Assembly (NCBI GenBank): GCA_963677925.2
Contig: CAXXYH010000004.1
Coordinates: 1,888,001-1,952,000, forward strand
Direction of reading: 5' to 3'
DNA from: Spirochaetia bacterium
Lineage (GTDB): Bacteria > Spirochaetota > Spirochaetia > UBA9216
Length of the DNA: 64,000 nucleotides
Shown here: in pieces, positions 30,215 through 39,223 of the stretch
Position numbering within the stretch: position 1 is the first letter of the stretch
Layout: the number at the start of each line of letters is the position of its first letter
Made by a program: the position numbers and the translations under genes
The notes under the pieces: model-generated
Seen by the model: only the letters and a program-made list of their open reading frames with translations
What the model was told of the DNA's origin: nothing
Database searches by the model: none

Positions 30215-31198
30215 ATGACACGAGGAGAAACAGGTATTAAAAAAGTAATACTAACTGTTCTGCTGACTGCAGTTCTTTCTGCTGCAGCTGTATTGCCCGC
30301 TGCTGCAGAGGATATTACAGTGACAGTGGCTGCATTAAAGGGGCCTTCAGGTTTTGCTGCTGCAGGGCTGCTGAAAGAGAATTTCCAGCCGGGCTACGGA
30401 GTACGGGCCGAATACATAATTGTATCATCGCCTGTTGAAGCTATAGCCAAAATGACAAGCGGCCAGGCCGATGCTGTATTTCTGCCGGTAAATACCGCAG
30501 CAAAGCTCTATTCAAAGGGCCCAGGTTTTAAACTTGCTGCTGTAAGCGGTCTTGGCTCACTATACATGGTTTCATCGGACCCTGCCGTTAAGGAGTGGGC
30601 AGATCTCAAAGGAAAGAAGATTTTTATAACAGGTAAGGGCGCAACCCCCGACTATCTGCTGCGGTATATTCTTGAAAAGAACGGGCTTAATCCCGATAGT
30701 GATGTTACACTTGATTTTACGGCTCAGGCTCCGCAGGTTGCCCAGCTGCTGATCGCCGGAAAAGCTGATACTGCTTTTATTCCGCAGCCCTTTGTCATGC
30801 AGACTGGTATGAAAAATCCTGCAGTTAAAATTGTTCTTGACCCGCAGGAAGAACTCATGGATATCAGAGGAGGGGATGAAGCCTTTCCTTTCACAGCCTT
30901 CGTAATTAGTCCAAGACTTGCGGTTGAAAACACCGGGGCAGCGAGGGCACTTTCTGCAGCACTTGAGCGTTCGATAAACTGGGTTATTGAAGATCCAAAG
31001 GCAGCCGGAATGGTTATCGAAGAATACGGTATAATGGCAGCAGCAACTGCTCAGAGTGCAATTCCTCTAACGGGCATCAAGTACATCTCAGCACAGGATG
31101 CAAAATCCGATGTGGTTGACTTTCTTGGTATGTTCATGGAAATGGATCCTGTATCCCTTGGAGGCTCCCTGCCTGATGAAGGTTTTTACTTCAAGTAA
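30215..31198 (+). CDS. NitT/TauT-type ABC substrate-binding protein
   Basis: Signal peptide; VAALKGPSG, GKGATPDY, PQPF and C-terminal GGSLPDEGFY. Confidence 0.85.
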   Translation: MTRGETGIKKVILTVLLTAVLSAAAVLPAAAEDITVTVAALKGPSGFAAAGLLKENFQPGYGVRAEYIIVSSPVEAIAKMTSGQADAVFLPVNTAAKLYSKGPGFKLAAVSGLGSLYMVSSDPAVKEWADLKGKKIFITGKGATPDYLLRYILEKNGLNPDSDVTLDFTAQAPQVAQLLIAGKADTAFIPQPFVMQTGMKNPAVKIVLDPQEELMDIRGGDEAFPFTAFVISPRLAVENTGAARALSAALERSINWVIEDPKAAGMVIEEYGIMAAATAQSAIPLTGIKYISAQDAKSDVVDFLGMFMEMDPVSLGGSLPDEGFYFK

Positions 31199-31937
31199 AA
31201 AGAAATTTATACCCGGAATTCTGACCGCTGCCGTTCTGCTTGTCATATGGAAGCTTGCTGCGGTCAGAATCAATATCCCCATCATTGTTCCGGCTCCGGA
31301 AGCTGTTATCTTGAGGTTCTCGGAAATTGCAGTTACTGCTGAATTCCGTGAAGCCCTGGGGCATACAGCCCTGAGAACACTGCTGGGCTTTGTCATTTCA
31401 TTCACTGCCGGCTTTGTAACCGGAATAGCCTGCGGTTCAAACCGGACTATTAATTCTGCTCTTTCGCCTGTAATAACCATAATCAGAACTGTTCCAGTGA
31501 TGTCGGTCATAATTCTGGCAATGATATGGTTTAAAACTGATATGGTTCCGGTTTTTGTCTGTTTTCTGATGGTATTTCCAATAATAACGGCCAATGTAAC
31601 CGAGGGTATAAGGAGCATTGACCCGGCACTGGTAGAGATGGGCCAGGTTTTCAGGCTCTCCTCCCGGGACATTCTTTTCCATATAACTGTTCCATCGGTG
31701 GTTCCCTTCATCCTTTCAGGTGTACGGGCCAGTGTGGGCGTTGCCTGGAAATCAGTAATTGCCGCTGAGGTCTTAAGCCAGCCGGTAAGGGCTATAGGCT
31801 CCGGGATGCAGTTTGCCCAGATGAACCTTGAAACTGCCGAGGTAATTGCCTGGACATTGACTGCAGTTATTTTAAGCTGGCTGAGTGAAAGAATACTTGA
31901 TTTCATTTCGGCAGGATTTATCAGGGGAGGTGCATGA
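31176..31937 (+). CDS. NitT/TauT-type ABC permease
   Basis: IRTVPVMS; GIRSIDPALVEMG EAA-like loop; start ATG 31176 after GGAGG. Confidence 0.88.
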   Translation: MKVFTSSKKKFIPGILTAAVLLVIWKLAAVRINIPIIVPAPEAVILRFSEIAVTAEFREALGHTALRTLLGFVISFTAGFVTGIACGSNRTINSALSPVITIIRTVPVMSVIILAMIWFKTDMVPVFVCFLMVFPIITANVTEGIRSIDPALVEMGQVFRLSSRDILFHITVPSVVPFILSGVRASVGVAWKSVIAAEVLSQPVRAIGSGMQFAQMNLETAEVIAWTLTAVILSWLSERILDFISAGFIRGGA

Positions 31938-32665
31938 TGGATGCTGCAGTGAAGATTTCAGATGTCAGTTTTAAGTATCCCGGCAGTAAAGAGCCGATAT
32001 TCAGCGGCTTCAGCATGAATCTTAAAGCATCATCTGTGACAGCTATCCTGGGGCCTTCCGGCTGCGGAAAGTCCAGCCTTCTTAATCTCGTTCACGGTCT
32101 CCTTCAGCCTCAGAAAGGAAATATAGAAGTCGGTGCTGAATCGATCTGTAAAAGCTATCTGTTTCAGGAGCCGAGGCTGCTTCCCTGGCGGACTGCAATG
32201 CAGAATATTGAACTGGTGCTCAAAGCAGATCACTCGCCAAAAGAATCCAGGGAGATTGCTCAAACCTTTCTTGACGCAGTAGGATTATCCGGGTTTGAAA
32301 AGTACTATCCGGCAAGACTTTCAGGCGGTATGCGTCAGCGTGTGGCCATTGCAAGAGCCTTTGCTTATCCGGCCGGTATGATTCTTATGGACGAGCCCTT
32401 TCAGGCTCTGGATCTCCGTCTTAAGCTGGAACTGACCAGTTTATTTCTGAAGCTCTGGACGGCTGATAACCGGACCGCAGTCTTTGTTACCCATGACATC
32501 AATGAGGCTCTGATTCTTGGCGATGAAATTATCGTTCTGTCTGGAAGCCGCCCGGCCGTCATCAGAAAGATCATTGAAAACCCGCTGAAAATATCTGAAC
32601 GAAATCCGGATCATCCGGAACTCATGGCTATCGAAGCTGAACTGTACCGGCTTCTCACAGATTGA
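31934..32665 (+). CDS. NitT/TauT-type ABC ATPase
   Basis: GPSGCGKS, FQEPRLLPW, LSGGMRQR, MDEPF. Confidence 0.92.
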   Translation: MMDAAVKISDVSFKYPGSKEPIFSGFSMNLKASSVTAILGPSGCGKSSLLNLVHGLLQPQKGNIEVGAESICKSYLFQEPRLLPWRTAMQNIELVLKADHSPKESREIAQTFLDAVGLSGFEKYYPARLSGGMRQRVAIARAFAYPAGMILMDEPFQALDLRLKLELTSLFLKLWTADNRTAVFVTHDINEALILGDEIIVLSGSRPAVIRKIIENPLKISERNPDHPELMAIEAELYRLLTD

Positions 32666-32667
32666 AC

Positions 32668-32696
32668 TTGACAGCTTTTGAATATGCACATATAGT
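32668..32696 (+). promoter_or_regulatory. Sigma70-type promoter for leader-RNHCP-rsgA
   Basis: TTGACA (32668-73), 17 nt, TATAGT (32691-96). Confidence 0.7.
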
Positions 32697-32727
32697 TAAT
32701 TATCTTAAATTACCTGAGGAGGCGTTA

Positions 32728-32781
32728 ATGTTGGATATTGTTGTTAAAGATGTTCCTGTTCAGGGAAATTTTGACTGCTGA
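32728..32781 (+). CDS. Putative leader peptide MLDIVVKDVPVQGNFDC
   Basis: GAGGAGG SD shortly before ATG 32728; 17 sense codons then TGA; lies between the promoter and the RNHCP gene. Confidence 0.6.
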   Translation: MLDIVVKDVPVQGNFDC

Positions 32782-32891
32782 AAATTTTAAAGCACCAGTC
32801 TAAGCATCCCTCCGGAAAAATCTTTTTAAAACCAAATTTCTAATCGAACAGGACATCACGTACATTTATCTCAATCTTTAAAAGGGAATGT

Positions 32892-33266
32892 ATGTCGAGA
32901 TCTATCCAGAATAATATTGAGTATCATGAAACTTTTATCTGCAGCAACTGCGGAACCGCAGTAAGTCCTCCGGTATACGGTGGAGAACATCGTAATCACT
33001 GTCCGCACTGCCTGTACAGTCTCCATGTTGATTTAAAGAAGGGAGACAGACGCTGCGGCTGCAGGGGATTAATGGAGCCTATTTCAATCTGGTGCAGACC
33101 TTCAGGAGAATGGTCTGTGATTCACAGATGTATTAAGTGCGGATTTATCCGCCTTAACAGGATAGCGGGAGATGATAATGATGCAATGCTTCTGAAACTG
33201 GCTGTAAAGCCGATTTCAATGCTTCCGTTTCCTGTTGAGCAGTTATGGAGAAGTAAATATGAATAA
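32892..33266 (+). CDS. RNHCP domain-containing protein
   Basis: FICSNCG...HRNHCPHCLYSLHVD...C.GLMEPI...HRCIKCG...NRIAGDD. Confidence 0.92.
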   Translation: MSRSIQNNIEYHETFICSNCGTAVSPPVYGGEHRNHCPHCLYSLHVDLKKGDRRCGCRGLMEPISIWCRPSGEWSVIHRCIKCGFIRLNRIAGDDNDAMLLKLAVKPISMLPFPVEQLWRSKYE

Positions 33267-34341
33267 TTTCAAATGGGGCTGGAACAGCCTCCTTGAAGAA
33301 GAATATGCTCCTTTCAGGGAGCAGGGCCTGCATGCGGGCCGTGTTGTAAAAGAAAGCCGCCATATCTATACGATAGCCGATATTGAGCAGGAGGCAGCTG
33401 ATAATTTTCTTACCGGAGAGGTCTCCGGTTCTTTTAAGTACAGGACCGCGGTGCCGTCTGATTTTCCGGTCACAGGAGACTGGGTGGCTTTCAGACCTGC
33501 GTCAGAATCAACTGCTGTCATAGAGCATGTACTTCCGCGGAGGACAAAATTTTCACGAAAGACCGCAGGAACCCGTACCGATGAGCAGATTGTGGCTTCT
33601 AACATCGATGTCATATTCATTGTTTTTGGACTGGATGGGGGGCGCAACTATACCTCCGGAGGTCTGGAGCGTTACGTTACGCTTGCCTGGAACAGCGGTG
33701 CGGTCCCTGTGATTATCCTGAACAAAGCGGACCTGTGCAGCGATGAATACCGTGAGCAGGTGATTGCTGAGGCTCTAAATGCAGCGCCAGGTGTAGACAT
33801 CTACCATGTAAGTGCAGTGACCGGTGAGGGGCTGGCCAATCTTGCCGGCTCTGTAAAGCCCGGCTCTACGGTTGCGCTCACCGGGCCGTCGGGGGTAGGG
33901 AAGTCGACAATAATAAACTACCTGCTTGAGAATGATCTTCAGAGGACTTCCGCTCCCAGAGCGGGGGATCTGCGAGGCAGACATACCACAACACACCGTG
34001 AGATGTTTCTGCTGCCATCCGGGCTTATCCTTATCGATACTCCGGGGCTGAAAGAGATTCAGCTATGGGCTGGTGAGGATTCGCTTAATGAAACCTTTCA
34101 GGACATCCTTGAACTTGCTTCTGAATGCCGTTTCAGCGACTGTTCACATCAGGCTGAACCGGGCTGTGCCGTTCAGCTTGCACTCGCTTCCGGTGAGCTT
34201 GATTCCCGCAGGTATGACAGTTTTCTGAGTCTTCAAAAGGAAATACGTTATCTGAACAGAAGAACAGATGAAAAACTTGCCAGAGAAGAGAAGGAAAAGT
34301 GGAAAAATATTGCGAAACTTGCCAGGCAGTTCAAGAAGTAA
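33259..34341 (+). CDS. rsgA: Ribosome small subunit-dependent GTPase A
   Basis: PVTGDWV OB fold; circularly permuted GTPase (NKAD, GPSGVGKS, GRHTTT, DTPG); CRFSDCSH..EPGCAV zinc finger. Confidence 0.93.
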   Translation: MNNFKWGWNSLLEEEYAPFREQGLHAGRVVKESRHIYTIADIEQEAADNFLTGEVSGSFKYRTAVPSDFPVTGDWVAFRPASESTAVIEHVLPRRTKFSRKTAGTRTDEQIVASNIDVIFIVFGLDGGRNYTSGGLERYVTLAWNSGAVPVIILNKADLCSDEYREQVIAEALNAAPGVDIYHVSAVTGEGLANLAGSVKPGSTVALTGPSGVGKSTIINYLLENDLQRTSAPRAGDLRGRHTTTHREMFLLPSGLILIDTPGLKEIQLWAGEDSLNETFQDILELASECRFSDCSHQAEPGCAVQLALASGELDSRRYDSFLSLQKEIRYLNRRTDEKLAREEKEKWKNIAKLARQFKK

Positions 34342-34774
34342 ATGAATTGGTCTTCTGTTCCATGATTTCTACGGGGCTGCCCGTCGGGGCGGCCTCATTT
34401 TTCTCACATGCTGCGGAGTTTATGGCATACAGCAGCTGCTTGTTCCCTAGAGGTTTGCTTAGAACCGCGTAGGGAGCGGCCTGCTGTGCTTTTTTCAGGA
34501 AATCCGGATCGGAAGTTCCTGTTATAAAAATAATCTGAACAGCAGGATTCAGCTCTTTCAGCTTCATCCCTGTGTCTATCATTGCAGTTTCAGCCGCTTT
34601 TTCAGCCTCAATTAATACTATGTCAGGAAAGTGTCTCGATGAATATTCAACTGCAGCATCACTGTCTGAAAAGATTTGGTTTACCCTGTATCCGTAATTA
34701 TAGAGTTTTACTTTTAATTCTATGGCGAACATAATATCAGTCTCAGTGATTATTATCATGGATGTGATGTTCAT
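34331..34774 (-). CDS. Stand-alone response-regulator receiver domain (atypical)
   Basis: PDIVLIE, IIFITG and KP motifs; phospho-Asp position appears to be Glu; AAGGAG SD before ATG 34774. Confidence 0.7.
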   Translation of the reverse strand: MNITSMIIITETDIMFAIELKVKLYNYGYRVNQIFSDSDAAVEYSSRHFPDIVLIEAEKAAETAMIDTGMKLKELNPAVQIIFITGTSDPDFLKKAQQAAPYAVLSKPLGNKQLLYAINSAACEKNEAAPTGSPVEIMEQKTNSFTS

Positions 34775-34809
34775 GTCCGGATCTCCTTTTATACGAATGC
34801 CGAATAACA

Positions 34810-35337
34810 TTACGTTATATTAATGTTAGGAGATGATGATGCGGAAGTCAAATATCTGTATGTTTTTAGCGATTTGAATGTAACACATTTTTTTCTACCG
34901 TTGCTAAGGTCGAAATCAAGAACCAGGTCGGTGTTCAGGCTGAAGCTGATGTCAGAAAAATTTGGAATCTTTTTAGTATTTACTCCCTCCTTCCACGATA
35001 AGGCCCATGGTTCAGTCGGCCCAAAGAGTCCTCTGTTAAGTTTTTTATTACCGTCAGAATCCTGAAAAATTCTGACGGCATATTCTCCTTCGGGTATGTT
35101 TTCAAATTTAAAAGCGATATTTTCTGAAGAAGGATATACAAGCAGTGTTTTAATGCCGCTTGCCTGAGTTTTCATATCAGCTTCTTCTATAAGAAATATA
35201 TACACAGGAGCCTGAGTTTCTTCCACATGGATGCTTCCTGATATTTGATGGAATGCATTGTCTTCCGCAAATGAAGAGTATGCGGTGAATAGAATGAATA
35301 TGAAAATTGTACAGGTGAGTATTGACTTCTTTATCAT
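34810..35337 (-). CDS. DUF2141 family exported protein
   Basis: Signal peptide; GEYAVRIFQDSDGNKKLNRGLFGPTEPWALS. Confidence 0.8.
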   Translation of the reverse strand: MIKKSILTCTIFIFILFTAYSSFAEDNAFHQISGSIHVEETQAPVYIFLIEEADMKTQASGIKTLLVYPSSENIAFKFENIPEGEYAVRIFQDSDGNKKLNRGLFGPTEPWALSWKEGVNTKKIPNFSDISFSLNTDLVLDFDLSNGRKKCVTFKSLKTYRYLTSASSSPNINIT

Positions 35338-35805
35338 CCGCCTGACCTTATCTCATCCATAATGCTGTGAGACTGTTTGAAAATTAAGGGCTTCAGAAGC
35401 CTTTTGAAAAACGGAACATTCTGTCTATCGAACTCCATAAGCGGGCTTAAATCATCTCCGTAAAAATCTTCAAGTGCGTTCTTATGTACATAAATGAAGT
35501 GAAATCTGGTTTCAAAACCGGCTTCCCGGGGCTATTGCAGAAAATAGATTAGCTTTCTGCATGCATACTCCGTAGCTATTGTTGATAACTTCTTCAACGC
35601 TTATGTCCTGAGGATAGATCCAGTTGAATTCTATTTCATCTCTGACAAAGTAAAAAATTGCTTCCAGTTTTTCCTCTTCGTTTTCGGTTCCTGATAGGAT
35701 TTCCGCTGTCTTTGACTTTACAGCTGTTTCAGTTTTTTCATCTTCCGCAGGAGTAATACAGCCCATAATACTGATTGCCGCAAGTACTGTGAATAAATTC
35801 TTCAT
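35334..35805 (-). pseudogene. Frameshifted transglutaminase-like lipoprotein
   Basis: IFYFVRDEI...GVCMQKANLFSAIA, then an extra C in GCCCCGG; the shifted frame continues REAGFETRFHF... to a TGA overlapping the next ATG. Confidence 0.72.
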
Positions 35806-36443
35806 TCAATATCTCCTTTAAACATTTTGATTCCAAGAGGTAAATAGCAAATGCACATAAGCACAGCTCCTGCGCTGCTGATTATTTCAATATCAGGATT
35901 ATTTAAAAGAAGCAGACCTATAATTCCGGTAAGGCCGATTATTTTCCTGATTTTTCCTGCCCTTATAATCCCTATAAGCTGTGCGGCGGCGCCCAGGGGC
36001 AGGAGAGGCAGAAGTATAAACAGGCTTAGCAGGCCTTTCCGCTGCAGGATTGTTCTGAGAGCCGGTTCGATTATCTGAAATTCATGTTCGGGCAGGGTAT
36101 TGAATGCAGAGAGCACTATGCATAAGGCACCCTTGTCTCCTGCGAGGATTACCGCACCGGTTACCGCTGCTATTCCTCCGTAAATTATCCATCGGGATCC
36201 TTTCCCTGTTTCAATCAGTATGAGTCCGGTAACTGCAATTATGATAAAGGGTACAGCAGCAAATACAATCAGATGGCCGACGTGGAAAAGCGGCTGATGA
36301 TGGAAATTCCTGACAAGTTCGGCTACTGTTTCAGTAATTTTTAAAGAAAGAATGTCAGGATGCATTAAGAATCCCGTGAGCAGCATGAACGGGAAGACTA
36401 TCATTGAAATTCCCGATGCCTTTTTTAAGAAATTCTGATTCAT
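35802..36443 (-). CDS. Hypothetical membrane protein
   Basis: About 6 TM segments; AGGAG SD; downstream of marR. Confidence 0.7.
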   Translation of the reverse strand: MNQNFLKKASGISMIVFPFMLLTGFLMHPDILSLKITETVAELVRNFHHQPLFHVGHLIVFAAVPFIIIAVTGLILIETGKGSRWIIYGGIAAVTGAVILAGDKGALCIVLSAFNTLPEHEFQIIEPALRTILQRKGLLSLFILLPLLPLGAAAQLIGIIRAGKIRKIIGLTGIIGLLLLNNPDIEIISSAGAVLMCICYLPLGIKMFKGDIE

Positions 36444-36457
36444 TTCGATCTCCTATA

Positions 36458-36472
36458 GTTAACCAGGTTAAC
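36458..36472. promoter_or_regulatory. Putative MarR operator, copy 1
   Basis: Palindrome GTTAACC-A-GGTTAAC upstream of the membrane-protein gene. Confidence 0.7.
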
Positions 36473-36487
36473 AAAAAAATAAAAAAA

Positions 36488-36922
36488 TCAGCTGATTAGT
36501 TCATTCAGCTTTTTAAAATACTTAAGTACGGTAAGATAATCCTGTTCAGAGAACTCTTTTTCAATCTCTCTAAGCGGTCCGAAATTCTTCCTGTCAAACT
36601 GATGATGAAACTCTGCAGCTGCTTTTCCCTTCCCGGTCAGATGGAAGATCACTTCCTTTGCATTAGCAGCAGGACGGTTTTTTGTTATATAACCAAGTTT
36701 CAACATTTTTGATGTAAACTTGGATACTGCAGCTTTTGATACATCCAGATATTCAGCAAGCTGAGTGAGGTTGGCTCCGGGGTGCTGTTCTATTGCAGTT
36801 ACAGTGTGTATGTCGGAAGAGTAGAGTACGTCGCCTGTTCCGTAGTCCCTGGGTGAACTCTCGAGATTCCGCAGGTACTGATGAGCTGTGTATATGTAAT
36901 GAAGCAGAGATTCTCTTTCCAT
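36488..36922 (-). CDS. MarR family transcriptional regulator
   Basis: NLTQLAEYLDVSKAAVSK wHTH; NAKEVIFHLTGKG wing. Confidence 0.9.
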   Translation of the reverse strand: MERESLLHYIYTAHQYLRNLESSPRDYGTGDVLYSSDIHTVTAIEQHPGANLTQLAEYLDVSKAAVSKFTSKMLKLGYITKNRPAANAKEVIFHLTGKGKAAAEFHHQFDRKNFGPLREIEKEFSEQDYLTVLKYFKKLNELIS

Positions 36923-36932
36923 ATTTTTATAA

Positions 36933-36946
36933 TTAACCAGGTTAAC
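36933..36946. promoter_or_regulatory. Putative MarR operator, copy 2 (autoregulation)
   Basis: TTAACCAGGTTAAC immediately upstream of the marR start. Confidence 0.7.
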
Positions 36947-37013
36947 AAAAAAGTCAATATTAATTTAAAAAAAAGACTAACCAGGACATTTCCTGATTAG
37001 CCTTTGATTATAT

Positions 37014-37086
<73 letters not shown>

Positions 37087-37184
37087 AATGGAGTAATTTA
37101 TACTTAAATGCAGAAAAAATGTCAATAGATTTAGACTATAAAACTTTGCTTTATAATTTATGAAGCTTCGGTTATAATCCGCCT

Positions 37185-37955
37185 ATGAACGGCAGCTCCT
37201 TATCCTCTGATCAGTCATCGCTTGATATTATAATTCCTGTATTCAACGGTGCGGAATATTTAAGGGAAACTCATAAGCAGCTTACTTCAGTACTTATCAG
37301 CATTACTGAGAACTACCGGATTATTTTTGTTGATGACGGCAGTTCTGACGGCAGTAATTCGGTGATGAAGGAGATATCAGCTGCAGACCCCTGTTCAGGA
37401 TGGATAAGGCTTGAGCATAATTTTGGACAGCAGCCTGCTACGGTCAGCGGAATAAGACAGGGCCGGGGCGTGCCGGTGCTGACAATGGACGATGATCTTC
37501 AGCATCCACCAGAACTTATTCCTGACATGCTTAAGCTCCTGGGCCTGGGGTATGATGCAGTTTTTGCTGTGAAGGGGATAAATGAAAAAAGGGCATTCGG
37601 CAGCAGAATGCGTGATCTCTTTTTTTCGGCCATTACAACTTCCGGCAGTGTTAAGGTTTCAAGCTACCGTCTTTTAGGAAAAAATGCTGTAAATAAATTA
37701 CTTGATATAGATGGTGATGAATTCTACATCTCCGCAGAAGTCCTCAGAGATAATAAACTGAAGGCGTCCAATGTGTACTACACCGGAACAGAATTACGGG
37801 GCCGGCGGGGCAGATATTCTGTTTTGAGCAGACTTATGCTGTTTGCCGGACTGTTATCAAAATATACATTCAGAAATAACCGAACTAGTGCCGGAAATAT
37901 TACCTCCGGTTCTGTTCAGTGCAAAATAGCTGATAAGGGAGGATTTCTTTGCTGA
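37185..37955 (+). CDS. GT2 glycosyltransferase (ArnC/GtrB-like, lacking C-terminal TMs)
   Basis: IIIPVFN, FVDDGSSD, NFGQ, MDDDLQHPPE. Confidence 0.88.
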   Translation: MNGSSLSSDQSSLDIIIPVFNGAEYLRETHKQLTSVLISITENYRIIFVDDGSSDGSNSVMKEISAADPCSGWIRLEHNFGQQPATVSGIRQGRGVPVLTMDDDLQHPPELIPDMLKLLGLGYDAVFAVKGINEKRAFGSRMRDLFFSAITTSGSVKVSSYRLLGKNAVNKLLDIDGDEFYISAEVLRDNKLKASNVYYTGTELRGRRGRYSVLSRLMLFAGLLSKYTFRNNRTSAGNITSGSVQCKIADKGGFLC

Positions 37956-39223
37956 TTCATATTCTGGGCGGAGGCTCAGGCCAGCTCAGCCTGATAAACA
38001 GATGCCGTGAGCTAGGTTTCAAAGTCTCGGTTTCCGATAAGAATCCGGAAGCTCCGGGCTGCCTGCTTGCTGATTATTTTATTGAGGCTTCAACCTTCGA
38101 CGCTGAACGGACCGCAGATGCACTATCTGCTTTTATGAGCGAGACCGGTGAACATATCGACGGTATTATTGCCGCTGCAACCGATCAGCCTGTACTGACT
38201 GCCGCAATTGTTTCAGAATCACTCGGTATTGCCTATCATCTAAACCGGAGGCAGGCAGAGCTTGTAACAGATAAAATCGAGCAGAAAAATTTTCTGAACA
38301 GCCGTGGAATTCCTCTCCTTCCTTACCGTGTTATCGAAAAAGGTTTCAGTCCCGGGGATCTTGATGGGATGATGTTTCCAGTTGTCTGCAAACCGGCAGA
38401 TTCCCAGGGACAGCGCGGAGTTGTGGTAGCGGATAGTCCGGAAGAGGTGAGTGACTTCTACCAGGAAGTAGAATCGCACAGCCGCCGGCAGGGTATCCTT
38501 GTTGAGGAGTACTACGATTCAGAAGAAGTTACTCTGAGCGGATGGGTTGAAAACGGTAAGCTGCATGTATTGTCTCTGACAGACAGGGTTACCACACAGA
38601 ATCTCCCTCATATCGGAGTCTGCATTGCACATCATTATCCATCGAAACATATGGATAAGCTTCAAGAGATTCGGAATATCGCCTCCCGTGTAATTGAATT
38701 TACAGGGATTAAATCCGGTCCGGCATACATGCAGTTTCTCTGCGGCGGGCGCGGAGTTTTTCTGAATGAAGCGGCAGCCCGGCTGGGCGGGGCATATGAA
38801 GACCGTTTTATACCCTTTATCTGCGGAACGGATCTTCTTGATCTGAGTATAAGCCTTGCAACCGGGCAGCCGGCAGGGAAGAGCATTATAAATAAGCCTG
38901 ACTTCAATAAGATTGACAGGGTTGTTTCACTGCAGATGTTTTACTGCTGTGAAGGTGTGATTAAATCATGCTCCGGTATGAATGAGGTTCTAAGCCTTGA
39001 TGACGTTACTGCCGGAGGTTTTCTTCAGTCTGAAGGAACTGCAATAAGGCCGATGCAGGATTCGACTCAGCGTGCAGGGTATTTCCTTGTCTGTACAGGA
39101 ACCATGAAGAAAGCGGATGCTGCAGTTTCAGCAGCATATAAAAATCTTGAGATCCGCGACCTGCATGGGAAAAATATGATAATCTTTGACAATAAAATGC
39201 TTTTCGGGGGCTATAGTGGCTAA
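37949..39223 (+). CDS. ATP-grasp domain protein
   Basis: ILGGG, VCKPADSQGQRGV, VEEY, NEAAARLGG. Confidence 0.85.
   Translation: MLIHILGGGSGQLSLINRCRELGFKVSVSDKNPEAPGCLLADYFIEASTFDAERTADALSAFMSETGEHIDGIIAAATDQPVLTAAIVSESLGIAYHLNRRQAELVTDKIEQKNFLNSRGIPLLPYRVIEKGFSPGDLDGMMFPVVCKPADSQGQRGVVVADSPEEVSDFYQEVESHSRRQGILVEEYYDSEEVTLSGWVENGKLHVLSLTDRVTTQNLPHIGVCIAHHYPSKHMDKLQEIRNIASRVIEFTGIKSGPAYMQFLCGGRGVFLNEAAARLGGAYEDRFIPFICGTDLLDLSISLATGQPAGKSIINKPDFNKIDRVVSLQMFYCCEGVIKSCSGMNEVLSLDDVTAGGFLQSEGTAIRPMQDSTQRAGYFLVCTGTMKKADAAVSAAYKNLEIRDLHGKNMIIFDNKMLFGGYSG

Noticed and set aside
30222-30238. Possible ATT start codon (GAGGAG SD, then ATT-KKVIL) for the SBP
   Set aside because: An in-frame ATG with its own SD exists 21 nt upstream; the two cannot be distinguished without proteomics.
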